Assembly: GCA_964456695.1 (NCBI GenBank)
Contig: CAYWAO010000005.1
Span: forward strand, 19,905 to 83,904
Reading direction: 5' to 3'
Length of the DNA: 64,000 nt
Source: an uncultured Cryptobacterium sp.
GTDB lineage: Bacteria; Actinomycetota; Coriobacteriia; Coriobacteriales; Eggerthellaceae
Shown in pieces: positions 30,401 through 39,294 of this stretch. Below the pieces are notes generated by a model. That model did not search any database, was not told where the DNA came from, and saw only the letters and a program-made list of their open reading frames with translations. The position numbers and the translations under genes are program-made. Every line of letters starts with the position of its first letter. Position 1 is the first letter of the stretch.

Positions 30401-30652
30401 CATACGAGCAGCCGCAATTTGAATGAGCTCGTCGTGATTGAAGGAGAAACCCGTCGTTTCCGTGTCTATCACAACAACATCTTCGTCTAACACGCCAAAT
30501 GAATGAGAAGCGGCATAGTCGCATACTTTGTGATAGCGCTGACGAATCCGTTGGGGAGTATTTTCTAGAATGTATTCATCAAGATAGTTTATATGTTGTT
30601 CATTTTGTTTTTCCATGGCAGTAAGACTATCATTTATAAAATTCGTTACCAA
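27416..30652 (-). CDS. dinG: DinG-family helicase with N-terminal DnaQ-like 3'-5' exonuclease domain
   Basis: Exo motif VVIDTETTGF...HNVGFD...HRADDD. Helicase motifs AGTGVGKS and DEAH (VVDEAHG). Cys pattern C-x(about 64)-C-x4-C-x6-C in the position of the XPD/DinG Fe-S module. The start may be Met13 (30616). Confidence 0.85.
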   Translation of the reverse strand: MVTNFINDSLTAMEKQNEQHINYLDEYILENTPQRIRQRYHKVCDYAASHSFGVLDEDVVVIDTETTGFSFNHDELIQIAAARMKQGEIIEWYITFVNPGKSIPEDIAHLTHITDDDVADAPEPDEALANLVKFVGSSDVVAHNVGFDRTFVTKREAGEPLKQNRWIDSLDLARIALPRLTSHRLLDLARAFGVPESTHRADDDVAATCVVYRILLAAITLMPEDLVASIARMSDVELWNTAYVFQCLANPVAREKADQRPYKMVRARKESLTKDLHPLRQDANSPLSEVSLSEVEACRNGDNNKDDREAACQRSYEVAAACVEDKLDEGIYNQTSNGSGDEGIKMQGACGCAPAEFAPRILTFADKETIIEAFSPGGLLDRLYQNYEVREEQKEMALAVHTALSQSRNVAVEAGTGVGKSMAYLIPLALAAKENKITVGVATKTNALLDQLVNKELPLLADSLDITYAPLKGFSHYPCLRKVDYLIKQGARVIQFKKQPISQAPSLAGLLSFIEQTDYDDIDALKIDYRAIPRWNITTTSAECLRRKCPFFGRLCFVHGAREQAQRCDVVVTNHSLLFWDVRYEGELLPPIRYWVVDEAHGAEAEARRAFSMTLSSEELHSLSNRVTSDSASSNVLTRVQRSAQAPEEGQALYDALISKARVCAEAFRIAVEEFCLSVKDLLVFDQKSRSRGYEWFDLWLNTDIRQGQTYQGVRSCAKALYGTLEKVIKATRDIVAYAEQMDDTSSAQRELAVVALQLREVYDTLDTMFFRENDNSVYSVRLHRSKTTFDDVFTVQPLDMGTALNESLYPNTRSIIYTSATLAIDGRFTDFERAVGLNESEESQADTLLVESSYDFDTNMQIYVPTDMPEPQDTAYLAALQDFLIKIHRVQEGSLLTLFTNRKEMERCFDVVQPALKENDLRLVCQKWGVSVKGLKDDFLKDEHLSLFALKSFWEGFDAPGSTLKGVIIPKLPFGLPTDPLSCERQQRDDHAWAHYSLPVAVIDIKQAVGRLIRTAYDKGIVVLADKRLITKYYGNKFLNSLPSRSVLFLTCEEIVRDVHDRMQTEYACDQRADDAE

Positions 30653-30681
30653 ACGTTATATCCCTATTCCTAGGAGAAAAC

Positions 30682-31326
30682 ATGACCGATATAGGTTACT
30701 TCGCAACGTATGCCCGATTTGATACCGTTGATAAAGAGGCAGCTGCGGGCTTTCTCGGTGCCGACAATATTATTGGCGCTTCATTTTCTGTAAAACACGA
30801 AATAACCCCCCAATCTAACAAAGCTTGGATTGTGAATCCTTTCGGGCAAAAAATGGGATATTTAAATTCACGCACAGCAGATAAAATTGATATTTGCGAT
30901 GCAAAAGGTTGGCATACGGTCGCACTTTTAGCCCTCGTTGCTTTCTCTGAAGATCCTGCTCCTGGCCAGTACTGGGGAGAAGTGGTCATTATCTCGTACG
31001 ACCCAACCTATGAATCAGCCTTTTCAACATTTGTGGAAAAAATCAGCAAACTTTTAAGCAAGGGTGTCCGCCCGAATGTTTCATTGGGGCCAGATGCACT
31101 CAGCACAATCGTCGAAAACGACGGTGATTGGATTCCTAATGACAGGGTCGCACTTCCTAAAAAAGGAAAAGGAACCGCATGGGTTAAAACACAGCAGACT
31201 GGAACCGAAGCGCTCGTTGAACAAGCACGCAAAGGCAACCTTGGTTGTACCATTATTAGCTGGATGTTTTTATTCGCTGTTGTTGCACTAATTGTCTTTG
31301 GAGTTCATTCGTGCGGAGTCTTTTGA
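30682..31326 (+). CDS. Hypothetical tail-anchored membrane protein
   Basis: 214 aa. Soluble N-domain and a single C-terminal TM (IISWMFLFAVVALIVFGV). Confidence 0.5.
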   Translation: MTDIGYFATYARFDTVDKEAAAGFLGADNIIGASFSVKHEITPQSNKAWIVNPFGQKMGYLNSRTADKIDICDAKGWHTVALLALVAFSEDPAPGQYWGEVVIISYDPTYESAFSTFVEKISKLLSKGVRPNVSLGPDALSTIVENDGDWIPNDRVALPKKGKGTAWVKTQQTGTEALVEQARKGNLGCTIISWMFLFAVVALIVFGVHSCGVF

Positions 31327-31333
31327 TAGCGCG

Positions 31334-32290
31334 TCATTTTGATAGTGCATCAAACACCATGCGCGTACAGAGCTCGTTAAAATCAAGCCCATACACTTGC
31401 GCTGCATCAGGCAAAAGAGACGTTGATGTCATGCCGGGCAACGTATTGGTTTCAAGAACCCAAAATTGTCCATGCTCATCCTGGATAAGGTCAGTTCGCG
31501 AAACTCCTTCGCATTGCAAAACATCATGTGCTGCAAGGGCAAGACGTTGCGCTTCAACCGTGTCTTGTTCGGAAAGAGGAGCCGGACAGATGTGCTGTGA
31601 TCCACCCGTAGCGTATTTCGATTCAAAATCGTAAAACTCATTTTTAGGGATAATTTGAATTACAGGCAATACATACGGCTCATCTTCACCGAGCACGCCA
31701 ACGGTATATTCTTGCCCTGCCACAAACGTTTCAGCGAATGCTAACGAATCAACCTCGAATACCTTGGTAATGGCATCAGCAATTGCATCTCGATCCTCAC
31801 AAATATATATGCCAAGCGCACTACCTTCCGTGGCAGCCTTTATAACACAATGACTCCCCACTGTTTTTTCAACTTCCTCAGCGGAAACATCTTGAGACAT
31901 GATTTCCATGAAGGAAGGTGTTGGTATCTGCGCTTCTTCATAGAGCTTCTTCGAAAGTATTTTGTTGACTGCAGTTGCGCTCGACCATATACCTGATCCG
32001 GTATATGGCAACTGGATCGTCTCTAAGAAACCTTGAATCGCTCCATCTTCACCACCCTTGCCGTGAAGAGCAAGAAACGCCACATCGAAAGACTCTTCAA
32101 TGAGCGTTATCAAATCTTCCTTACGTGCAGGATCCAACATACGGACATAGAATCCCGATGATTGAAGAGCTTTGTAAACACTTTTGCCAGATGCAAGCGA
32201 AATTTCACGTTCTTTGCTGTTACCGCCCGCCAATAATGCAATCTTAATAGAACGAGGATCACGCTGAGTATCCATAATGCTCTCTTTCAT
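31334..32290 (-). CDS. ddl: D-alanine--D-alanine ligase
   Basis: 318 aa ATP-grasp protein (GGNSKEREISLASG, HGKGGEDG, NTLPGMT). Confidence 0.9.
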   Translation of the reverse strand: MKESIMDTQRDPRSIKIALLAGGNSKEREISLASGKSVYKALQSSGFYVRMLDPARKEDLITLIEESFDVAFLALHGKGGEDGAIQGFLETIQLPYTGSGIWSSATAVNKILSKKLYEEAQIPTPSFMEIMSQDVSAEEVEKTVGSHCVIKAATEGSALGIYICEDRDAIADAITKVFEVDSLAFAETFVAGQEYTVGVLGEDEPYVLPVIQIIPKNEFYDFESKYATGGSQHICPAPLSEQDTVEAQRLALAAHDVLQCEGVSRTDLIQDEHGQFWVLETNTLPGMTSTSLLPDAAQVYGLDFNELCTRMVFDALSK

Positions 32291-32493
32291 ACGTGGTTAT
32301 GTATAGCACCTAAGCGATGAGCGTTTCTACCTTTAACAATGATACGCTGCAAGAACATTCCTAAGCCGTCTCATTACTTCGTTCGTGAGTATATCAAACT
32401 CACATTACCTTTATAATGAACATACCGTAAAACCCATTCTTCGTTTGACGTATTAATTGAGATGATGTATCCACTTTACGTATACTTAAAATT

Positions 32494-33555
32494 ATGAGTA
32501 ATTCAATTTTTTCATACCAGATCTCTGACATATACCGCATTCTTGAAGAGCTCAAGCAGCCTCGCTTCCGCTCAAAGCAACTTATTACCTGGCTGTATCG
32601 CAATAATGCATCTTCATACGATGATATGACTAACCTACCAAAAACGCTTAGACAAACCCTGTCTGAGTGCTACCCCCTCCTTCCTTTACGCGTAGTTGAT
32701 AAACAAGTATCTGCTGACGACACGAGGAAATATGTTTTTGAATGCGCTGATCACACCCAGATAGAAGCTGTCGGTATTCCTTCGCTTGATAAAAAAATAT
32801 CGACTCAAGAGCCCAAACATCTGACGGTCTGTTTTTCAACCCAAGCCGGCTGTGCCATGCAATGTGCATTTTGTGCAACAGGGGAAGAAGGTCTTTCACG
32901 AAACTTATCATCAGGCGAAATGGTTCGCCAAATTCTTGCTGTACAAGAAGACTTTAGTTGCCGTGTTACCAATGTTGTATCAATGGGACAAGGTGAGCCG
33001 TTCCAGAATTATGATGCAGTACTCGAAGCGCTTGAATATATAAATAGTAAAGATGGCCTTTCGATAGGAGCTCGACACATAACCCTGTCAACATGTGGAG
33101 TCGTCTCTGGAATTCAGAAATTATCACGGGTACCACACCAATTTACACTCGCTATTTCATTGCATGCTGCCATTCAATCAACTCGTGATTATTTAATGCC
33201 TCGCTGTGCTGGTATGCCTCTTCCAGCACTTAAAGAAGCCCTCATGACATACGTTGCCAATACCAATCGAAGAGTGACGTTTGAATACCTTATGATTGAT
33301 AGCATCAATGACTCTGAAGAGCACTTACAGGCTTTGCTCTCATTTTGCACTGATATCCTATGCCATATCAATTTGATCCCGTGCAATCATGTTGAGGGAA
33401 ATAGGTTTTCTCCTAGTTTGAAATCTGTGATGAAACATTGGGTATCTACTCTTCGCTCTGCTGGAAAAGAATGCACCATTCGTAATTCTCGTGGATCCGA
33501 TATTGATGGAGCTTGTGGTCAGCTCAAAAACAAACTAGCCCACAAACATGCGTAA
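32494..33555 (+). CDS. rlmN: 23S rRNA/tRNA adenine-C2 methyltransferase RlmN (radical SAM)
   Basis: 353 aa. CAMQCAFCATG radical-SAM cluster motif and a conserved C-terminal Cys (GACGQL). Confidence 0.9.
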   Translation: MSNSIFSYQISDIYRILEELKQPRFRSKQLITWLYRNNASSYDDMTNLPKTLRQTLSECYPLLPLRVVDKQVSADDTRKYVFECADHTQIEAVGIPSLDKKISTQEPKHLTVCFSTQAGCAMQCAFCATGEEGLSRNLSSGEMVRQILAVQEDFSCRVTNVVSMGQGEPFQNYDAVLEALEYINSKDGLSIGARHITLSTCGVVSGIQKLSRVPHQFTLAISLHAAIQSTRDYLMPRCAGMPLPALKEALMTYVANTNRRVTFEYLMIDSINDSEEHLQALLSFCTDILCHINLIPCNHVEGNRFSPSLKSVMKHWVSTLRSAGKECTIRNSRGSDIDGACGQLKNKLAHKHA

Positions 33556-33873
33556 TTATTGCTACCTAACAGCTCTGACAATCTAATTCAGTATTATATA
33601 TATTCTCATATATTGATTATAGTATTGCTGACTTGTGCTAGCACCTTTTAGCCAAGTACACGTTATACCCTTCACTTTTTCTCATTGCTTAGCCTTTCAC
33701 CAAAGACAAAATGCGATGAATTTCTTTACTGCATCTAGACAATAGTGATACGTATTCGAACGTGCTTTACCTTTTCACCTTTTACAAAGAATCAATCTTT
33801 TGTTGCTGGTTATGTTTTACAAAAAAGCCCCCGTGGCAAGAGGCTCTTTGTATCATGTTATTTGTTGCTGTCG

Positions 33874-35199
33874 CTATTTTTCGGACGTTTGTTCGGAAAT
33901 CAAGTTGAGAATACGCTCTAATTCTTCTTCATCCTTGAACTGAATTTCAATTTTATTCTTTCCCTGGACAGTCTTAACTTTTACCGGAGTTGAGAAAAAG
34001 CGCGTCAAACCGCGAGCTGCTTTTTTGAAACTTGCTGGTACTGGCATTCGTTTTGTGCTCTCTTCTTTCTTAGATTGAGCTCGCCCTGCTAACAATCGTG
34101 CAATCGACTCAGTTTCGCGTACACTCAATTTCTCATTAACGAGTTTATTCGTAAGGGTCTTTCTTCCTTCTGCATCAGGTATAGACAAAATTGCACGTGC
34201 ATGACCAGCAGTAATCTTTTCCTCAAAGAGAAGTTGCTGAGCTTCCTCTGGAAGATCCAAGAGACGAAGAGCGTTAGCAATTGTTGAACGTCCCTTCGAA
34301 ACCGTCTGGGCGACTTCAGACTGAGTCATTCCGCGACGCTCCATCAAGCGCTTATATCCATATGCTTCTTCAATCGGGTTTAGATCCGTGCGCTGAATAT
34401 TTTCGATTAACGCAAGCTCCAATGCCTTGTCGTTATCTGCAGCCCAAAAGCGAACTGGAATTTCTTTCATCTTGAGCAATCTGCAAGCCTGCCAACGACG
34501 CTCACCAGCAATAATTTGATAATGATCCCCAACTTTTCTTACAAGAATCGGCTGAAGCAATCCTTCTTTTTTGATCGACTCAGCTAATTCCTCTATTTCT
34601 TCAGGTTTGAAGTTTGTACGCGGCTGATCAGGATTCGGCTGTACCTTGGTAAGCTGAACAATCCCGGTAGTACCCTTCGCATCTTTTTCTTTGTTGATTG
34701 TACTCTGAGCAGCTTGTACCTTTGCAAAAGCTACATCTCCATCATGTGACGATTCTTTTTGTTGCATACGCTGAAGTATTTTTGAACGAGTAGAATCTTC
34801 TTTCGTCGAAAGATCTTTGATGTTGTGTTCTATGGGTGTATGACCCACACGAACAGTCCCTTCTTTAGCCTGTGTTTGTACGCGATCTTTACCTTGCGAA
34901 CCAGATATGGCAGGACGAGCTTCTCGTTCTACTACTTTTGCATTCTCAAGAGATTCTTCTGAAAAATAAATATCCGAAGAAGCACTAGTCTCATATAAAG
35001 GGGTTGCTTTACGAGGCTCTGGCTGCTTTTTCTCTTTGACTTCGTCATTCGCAGACTGTGTGGTGTTCTGAGCTTCTTCTTTAGACGCTTTTTCATCCTG
35101 CTCTAATTCTTTTTTCTGATAAGACTGGTTAACTTGAAGCGAACTTTCATCAAAAAGCGCATTTAAACCGCGTCCCAATCCGCTTTTTTGTTTAGCCAC
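33874..35199 (-). CDS. parB: Chromosome partitioning protein ParB (with about 190-aa disordered N-terminal extension)
   Basis: ParB box (LLQPILVR, IIAGERRW), HTH (MTQSEVAQTVSKGRSTIANALRLL) and a C-terminal dimerisation segment. Confidence 0.9.
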   Translation of the reverse strand: MAKQKSGLGRGLNALFDESSLQVNQSYQKKELEQDEKASKEEAQNTTQSANDEVKEKKQPEPRKATPLYETSASSDIYFSEESLENAKVVEREARPAISGSQGKDRVQTQAKEGTVRVGHTPIEHNIKDLSTKEDSTRSKILQRMQQKESSHDGDVAFAKVQAAQSTINKEKDAKGTTGIVQLTKVQPNPDQPRTNFKPEEIEELAESIKKEGLLQPILVRKVGDHYQIIAGERRWQACRLLKMKEIPVRFWAADNDKALELALIENIQRTDLNPIEEAYGYKRLMERRGMTQSEVAQTVSKGRSTIANALRLLDLPEEAQQLLFEEKITAGHARAILSIPDAEGRKTLTNKLVNEKLSVRETESIARLLAGRAQSKKEESTKRMPVPASFKKAARGLTRFFSTPVKVKTVQGKNKIEIQFKDEEELERILNLISEQTSEK

Positions 35200-36229
35200 G
35201 GGCTATCACCTCTCGAGCCAAATCGTCATATGCTTCGGCTCCTTTATTTTCTGGAGCATACTGATTTACAGGCAGGCCATAACTAGGAGCCTCTGAAAGT
35301 TTTACACTACGAGGAATAAGCGTGTCAAACACCTGATCTCCGAAGAAGGAACGCACCTCATTAACTACTTGATTAGATAAATTTGTGCGTGAATCATACA
35401 TTGTTAAAACAATGCCATAAATATCAAGGCTCGGATTTAGCATAGACTTGACACGTTTCATTGAATCAAGAAGTTTTGTCACACCTTCGAGCGCATAGAA
35501 CTCGCATTGAATAGGTACCAAAAGTTTATCTGCTGCAACAAGGGCATTCACTGTTAACAAACCAAGTGAAGGCGGACAATCAATAAGAATAAAGTCGTAG
35601 ATTCCTCTTAGACTTCCGAGGGCATTCTTAAGACGATTCTCACGAGCCATTTCATTTACTAGTTCCACCTCAGCACCAGCAAGATTCACGGTAGAAGGAA
35701 GTATATCGACACCTTCAGATACACACGCCAAAATTACATCCTCAACAGAAGTTTCACCGACCAGTGCGTCATATACGCAACCATTAAGCTCTCGCTTATC
35801 AATTCCATATCCACTCGTAGAATTACCCTGCGGGTCTAAGTCAACGAGTAATACCTCTTTACCCATTACACCCAATGCAGCAGAAAGGTTAACTGCAGTG
35901 GTTGATTTACCCACGCCACCTTTCTGATTAATAATCGCAAGGATTTTTGTTTGCCCAATGCTATGAGTTACTGGTGGTTTTTTAGAAAACGGAACATATT
36001 TTGCTTTTACAACTTCCTGGTTCTCTACTTCATCAGTTCCAGATGGTTTTTCAAAAGATTGCTCTGGCTCTTCTTCCTGATGAACTTCACGCTCTATTAC
36101 CTGAGCATGTTCATTCACTTCATCAAATGATGGTTTTTGCTTCTCAACTGTTTTTGCTGTTTCTTCGGCGACGGGTGTCTCAGTCGTTTCTTTATTCTTT
36201 TTTCGACTACCGAATAATCCCACGAACAT
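35192..36229 (-). CDS. parA: Chromosome partitioning ATPase ParA/Soj (with about 90-aa acidic N-terminal extension)
   Basis: Deviant Walker A KGGVGKST. ParA-family motifs (DLDPQGN, IDCPPSLG). Confidence 0.9.
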   Translation of the reverse strand: MFVGLFGSRKKNKETTETPVAEETAKTVEKQKPSFDEVNEHAQVIEREVHQEEEPEQSFEKPSGTDEVENQEVVKAKYVPFSKKPPVTHSIGQTKILAIINQKGGVGKSTTAVNLSAALGVMGKEVLLVDLDPQGNSTSGYGIDKRELNGCVYDALVGETSVEDVILACVSEGVDILPSTVNLAGAEVELVNEMARENRLKNALGSLRGIYDFILIDCPPSLGLLTVNALVAADKLLVPIQCEFYALEGVTKLLDSMKRVKSMLNPSLDIYGIVLTMYDSRTNLSNQVVNEVRSFFGDQVFDTLIPRSVKLSEAPSYGLPVNQYAPENKGAEAYDDLAREVIARG

Positions 36230-36264
36230 TCCTTTCCTCGATGTGGAACTGATTATAGCTGATA

Positions 36265-36280
36265 TGTTTCACGTGAAACG
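36265..36280. promoter_or_regulatory. parS site 1 (TGTTTCACGTGAAACG, 15/16 to consensus)
   Basis: Direct match to the ParB-binding palindrome TGTTTCACGTGAAACA. Confidence 0.8.
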
Positions 36281-36320
36281 CTGTATATAAATAATGTTGT
36301 TTACTTTTTACTTCTGTAAA

Positions 36321-36336
36321 TGTTTCACGTGAAACA
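36321..36336. promoter_or_regulatory. parS site 2 (TGTTTCACGTGAAACA, perfect)
   Basis: Perfect 16-bp consensus palindrome. Confidence 0.9.
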
Positions 36337-36410
36337 CAAGAACTTAGACTTTTCATTCGAACTATAACAACGTTCAGAACAGCATGGATACAGGAGAATT
36401 GCTTCTTCAT

Positions 36411-36426
36411 TGTTTCACATGAAACA
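36411..36426. promoter_or_regulatory. parS site 3 (TGTTTCACATGAAACA, 15/16)
   Basis: One central mismatch to the consensus. Confidence 0.8.
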
Positions 36427-36551
36427 ATGAGAGGTTATTCTACTCGAATGCTTTTCAGTATATATCTCGGCCTTGATCGAACCTACCGATCAGTAAAAGA
36501 AATAAAAAAATTTAAACAATTGCAACTAAATACAGACAAACAAAGACAGAT

Positions 36552-36567
36552 TGTTTCACGTGAAACA
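36552..36567. promoter_or_regulatory. parS site 4 (TGTTTCACGTGAAACA, perfect)
   Basis: Perfect 16-bp consensus palindrome. Confidence 0.9.
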
Positions 36568-36891
36568 GAACTATATAAACGTATCATACAAGACTCTTAC
36601 CAAGGAATTGGCTTATACCGCATAAGCAATATAAAGCAAAAGAAGCAAGATAAACGAACGTACCCGTTAATTAGCAAGATATGTTATATGGCGTGGAGTA
36701 AGAAAATTGATCGTACAGAAAAATCAAGCAGTAAACAGCAGAACTATAAACTCACAAACCAAAAAACTGGAACCAATAACACCAGCAATACACCAAAACA
36801 AAAGATACAGAACAGCTGAAATAATCAATGCCATTCTGTATTGACTAAAAACTTGGATACGACGAATCAAACCAGTCTAATAAAGCAACCC

Positions 36892-37572
36892 TTAAAAAGG
36901 CTTCTTTTGAGCCATACCAACCCGACGAGGAAGTTGTATTTCTGGTTCAGATTTTTTTTGAAACACAATAATTGAGCGACGAGTATTTCCATCACTTAAA
37001 ACAACATCACGCCTTAAAACAAAATGTAACCCAAAGAGATATGACACGTCTTGAGCATGTTTCAACTCATCTTCAATATCAGAGGATTTATATGCAATAA
37101 GATAACCTCCTACTCCAAGAAGAGGAGCAGCTAACTCAAGCAAGGAAGAAAGATTAGAAAGTGCCCGAGCAGTAATTGCAGAAAAGCACCCGGGACGACT
37201 TACAGCAAGTTCTTCTAAGCGCCCTTGATATGTTTCAACATAGCCAGTAAGACCAAGCTGTTGAATAATACGATTAAGCGCAGAAATTTTCTTACTGACC
37301 GAATCAGCAAGAACAGTTTTACGTTGAGTGACAATCGCTAGAGGAATCCCCGGATATCCTGCACCAGTGCCCATATCAAGATACAAGCCCTGTGGAGCAG
37401 AATTCAGTTCTTCTAAACCAACGAGAGAATCTTCAATATGAAGTACACGAGCAGACTTTGGATCAGTGATACGAGTTAAATTCGTACGCTTATTTTCTTG
37501 TATAACAAGCTCTAAATGCAAATCGAGCAGCTTTTGCTGCTCGATAGAAAGTTCTTTATTACCTAAGGCCAT
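36892..37572 (-). CDS. rsmG: 16S rRNA (guanine527-N7)-methyltransferase
   Basis: 226 aa. SAM-binding DMGTGAGYPGIPLAI. Conserved position between jag and parA. Confidence 0.9.
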   Translation of the reverse strand: MALGNKELSIEQQKLLDLHLELVIQENKRTNLTRITDPKSARVLHIEDSLVGLEELNSAPQGLYLDMGTGAGYPGIPLAIVTQRKTVLADSVSKKISALNRIIQQLGLTGYVETYQGRLEELAVSRPGCFSAITARALSNLSSLLELAAPLLGVGGYLIAYKSSDIEDELKHAQDVSYLFGLHFVLRRDVVLSDGNTRRSIIVFQKKSEPEIQLPRRVGMAQKKPF

Positions 37573-37591
37573 AATAATCCTTACAGAAGCG

Positions 37592-38131
37592 CTACTGAGG
37601 AATTATAACTACACGACGAGCACGACCTTCGCCTTCTGATACAGTCTCAACACGATCATTATCTCGCAACGCGATATGGATCAAACGACGCTCATAAGGT
37701 GTCATAGGTCGTAGTTTGACACTTCGATTTTGATCAACCGCTTTATCAGCAGCACTACGAGCAATACCTTCAAGTTTCTGACGTTGGCGAGCTTTATATC
37801 CCTCAACATCGATCACAATAGGATAACGATACCCAATAGTACGTGATGTAATGGACGAAACCAAAAATTGCAACGATTCAAGTGTGCGTCCATGGCGACC
37901 AATAAGCACCGCGAGGTCATCACCTGTGATATCAAGAATCAGTTCTCCTTCATCGCCCTCATACTCATCAATAGAAACTTGTCCCACTTTAAAGTGTTTA
38001 AGAATATCCTGAATTACTTCAATAGCAGTATCGGCAATGCGATCAATTTCTTCTTCAGAGTACTCCTGCTCTTCATAGAGTTCTTCATCCCTCATGTCAT
38101 CAATTGGAATATATTCTTGTTCTTCTGTCAT
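37592..38131 (-). CDS. KH + R3H RNA-binding protein Jag/KhpB
   Basis: 179 aa. KH-like (LIGRHGRTLESLQFL) and R3H (YERRLIHIAL) motifs. Immediately downstream of yidC. Confidence 0.8.
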   Translation of the reverse strand: MTEEQEYIPIDDMRDEELYEEQEYSEEEIDRIADTAIEVIQDILKHFKVGQVSIDEYEGDEGELILDITGDDLAVLIGRHGRTLESLQFLVSSITSRTIGYRYPIVIDVEGYKARQRQKLEGIARSAADKAVDQNRSVKLRPMTPYERRLIHIALRDNDRVETVSEGEGRARRVVIIPQ

Positions 38132-38218
38132 AAAAACCCCTTACATTCAAATCTCCCCTTCACAAAGGAAGGGGAGGAGACAACAAACTTGATTTTTATC
38201 CGGCAGTGTAACGAAAGA

Positions 38219-38992
38219 TTACTTCCTTTTCTTAGTAGGACGCTTTTTCTTAGTCTTACGTACTACGTCAACTTCAACAGGTTTAGGAGTATCGTCTGCA
38301 GCTGCTTCAAGTTGATCCTGAAGCTTGAAAACACGCGTGGAAATAAGCTGCTGCAATACACCAAAAACAGACGACGTTGCCCAGAACAATACAACACCTG
38401 TTGGAGAAGTCCATCCAAGCCACAACATAAAGAGTGACATAACGCCCATCATAATCATCATTTGATTCTTCTGAGGGTTGTTCGTACCACGCTGCTGGAG
38501 AATAGTTGGAAGGAAGGTACAGAAGGCAAAGAGCAAAAGTAAAATGCCATAGGGAAGAAATGCCGCGAATCCTTGAGAGAACATCGTACTAGGAGAATCA
38601 ATCAATGTAGGAAGGATTGAAAAGAAAGAATATGTCATTCCTTCAGTACGAGATTCCATTTCTCGCAATACCTGAAAAAGAGCAATAAAGATAGGCATCT
38701 GGATTAGCAAAGGTAAACAACCAGTCAAGGGATTAAACCCAATCTCAGCGTATACCTTTTGCATCTCTTCAGCCTGACGCTGCTGATCGCCAGCATAACG
38801 TTCCTGAATTTCACGAAGACGGGGACTAAACTGCTGCATCTTATACGACGACTTAATTTGTTTTTGCATCAAAGGGAAGAGAATCAAACGAAGAATCAAA
38901 GTAACAATAATGATTGCAAAACCCCAGTCGCCTATCAAGCCATAAAAAAACTCAATGCAAGAGAATATGGCGTCTTGAAATGCCTCCCACAT
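38219..38992 (-). CDS. yidC: Membrane protein insertase YidC (short Gram-positive type)
   Basis: 257 aa. Conserved LRLILFPL and GCLPLLIQMPIF motifs. Basic C-terminal tail. Confidence 0.9.
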   Translation of the reverse strand: MWEAFQDAIFSCIEFFYGLIGDWGFAIIIVTLILRLILFPLMQKQIKSSYKMQQFSPRLREIQERYAGDQQRQAEEMQKVYAEIGFNPLTGCLPLLIQMPIFIALFQVLREMESRTEGMTYSFFSILPTLIDSPSTMFSQGFAAFLPYGILLLLFAFCTFLPTILQQRGTNNPQKNQMMIMMGVMSLFMLWLGWTSPTGVVLFWATSSVFGVLQQLISTRVFKLQDQLEAAADDTPKPVEVDVVRKTKKKRPTKKRK

Positions 38993-39021
38993 TTACACCA
39001 AATTCCTTTCACTCGCCATTA

Positions 39022-39294
39022 CTAACTTTTTTTTACACGAAAATGAAATTCATCCGGGACAGGATCATATCCATATCCACCCCCTGGCCTGCATCTTAAA
39101 ATTCTTCGAATTATAAGATACAAACCCTTTAAAAACCCGAAGCGCCTTACCGCCGTTAACCCATATACGGAACATGTGGGGATAAAACGACAACTGTCGG
39201 GTAAAAGAGGAGAAATTCCTATTCGGTACACTTTAATCAATACAATAAGAATCTGCTGAGGAATAACTTTGATGAAAGACCAAACTTTTTTCAT
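39022..39294 (-). CDS. yidD: Membrane protein insertion efficiency factor YidD
   Basis: Start taken at MKKVWSF (39294). Conserved YRIGISPLLPDSCRFIPTCSVYG motif. Overlaps the 3' end of rnpA. Confidence 0.85.
   Translation of the reverse strand: MKKVWSFIKVIPQQILIVLIKVYRIGISPLLPDSCRFIPTCSVYGLTAVRRFGFLKGLYLIIRRILRCRPGGGYGYDPVPDEFHFRVKKS

Noticed and set aside
31318-31345. Direct repeat TTTTGATAG(C/T)G at the convergent stop codons of the 214-aa gene and ddl
   Set aside because: It is only 9-10 bp and is explained by coincidental C-terminal coding sequence of the two genes, which are 7 bp apart. No structural or regulatory interpretation is supported.
33556-33873. Possible bidirectional terminator or small RNA in the rlmN-parB convergent gap (AAAAAAGCCCCCGTGGCAAGAGGCTCTTTG)
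   Set aside because: The stem is only 4-5 bp with mismatches, so I could not support a confident terminator or RNA call.
36427-36819. 130-aa ORF in the parA-rsmG gap
   Set aside because: Lys/Gln/Asn-rich low-complexity translation of AT-rich DNA. It reads straight through a parS palindrome and has no Shine-Dalgarno. Almost certainly non-coding.
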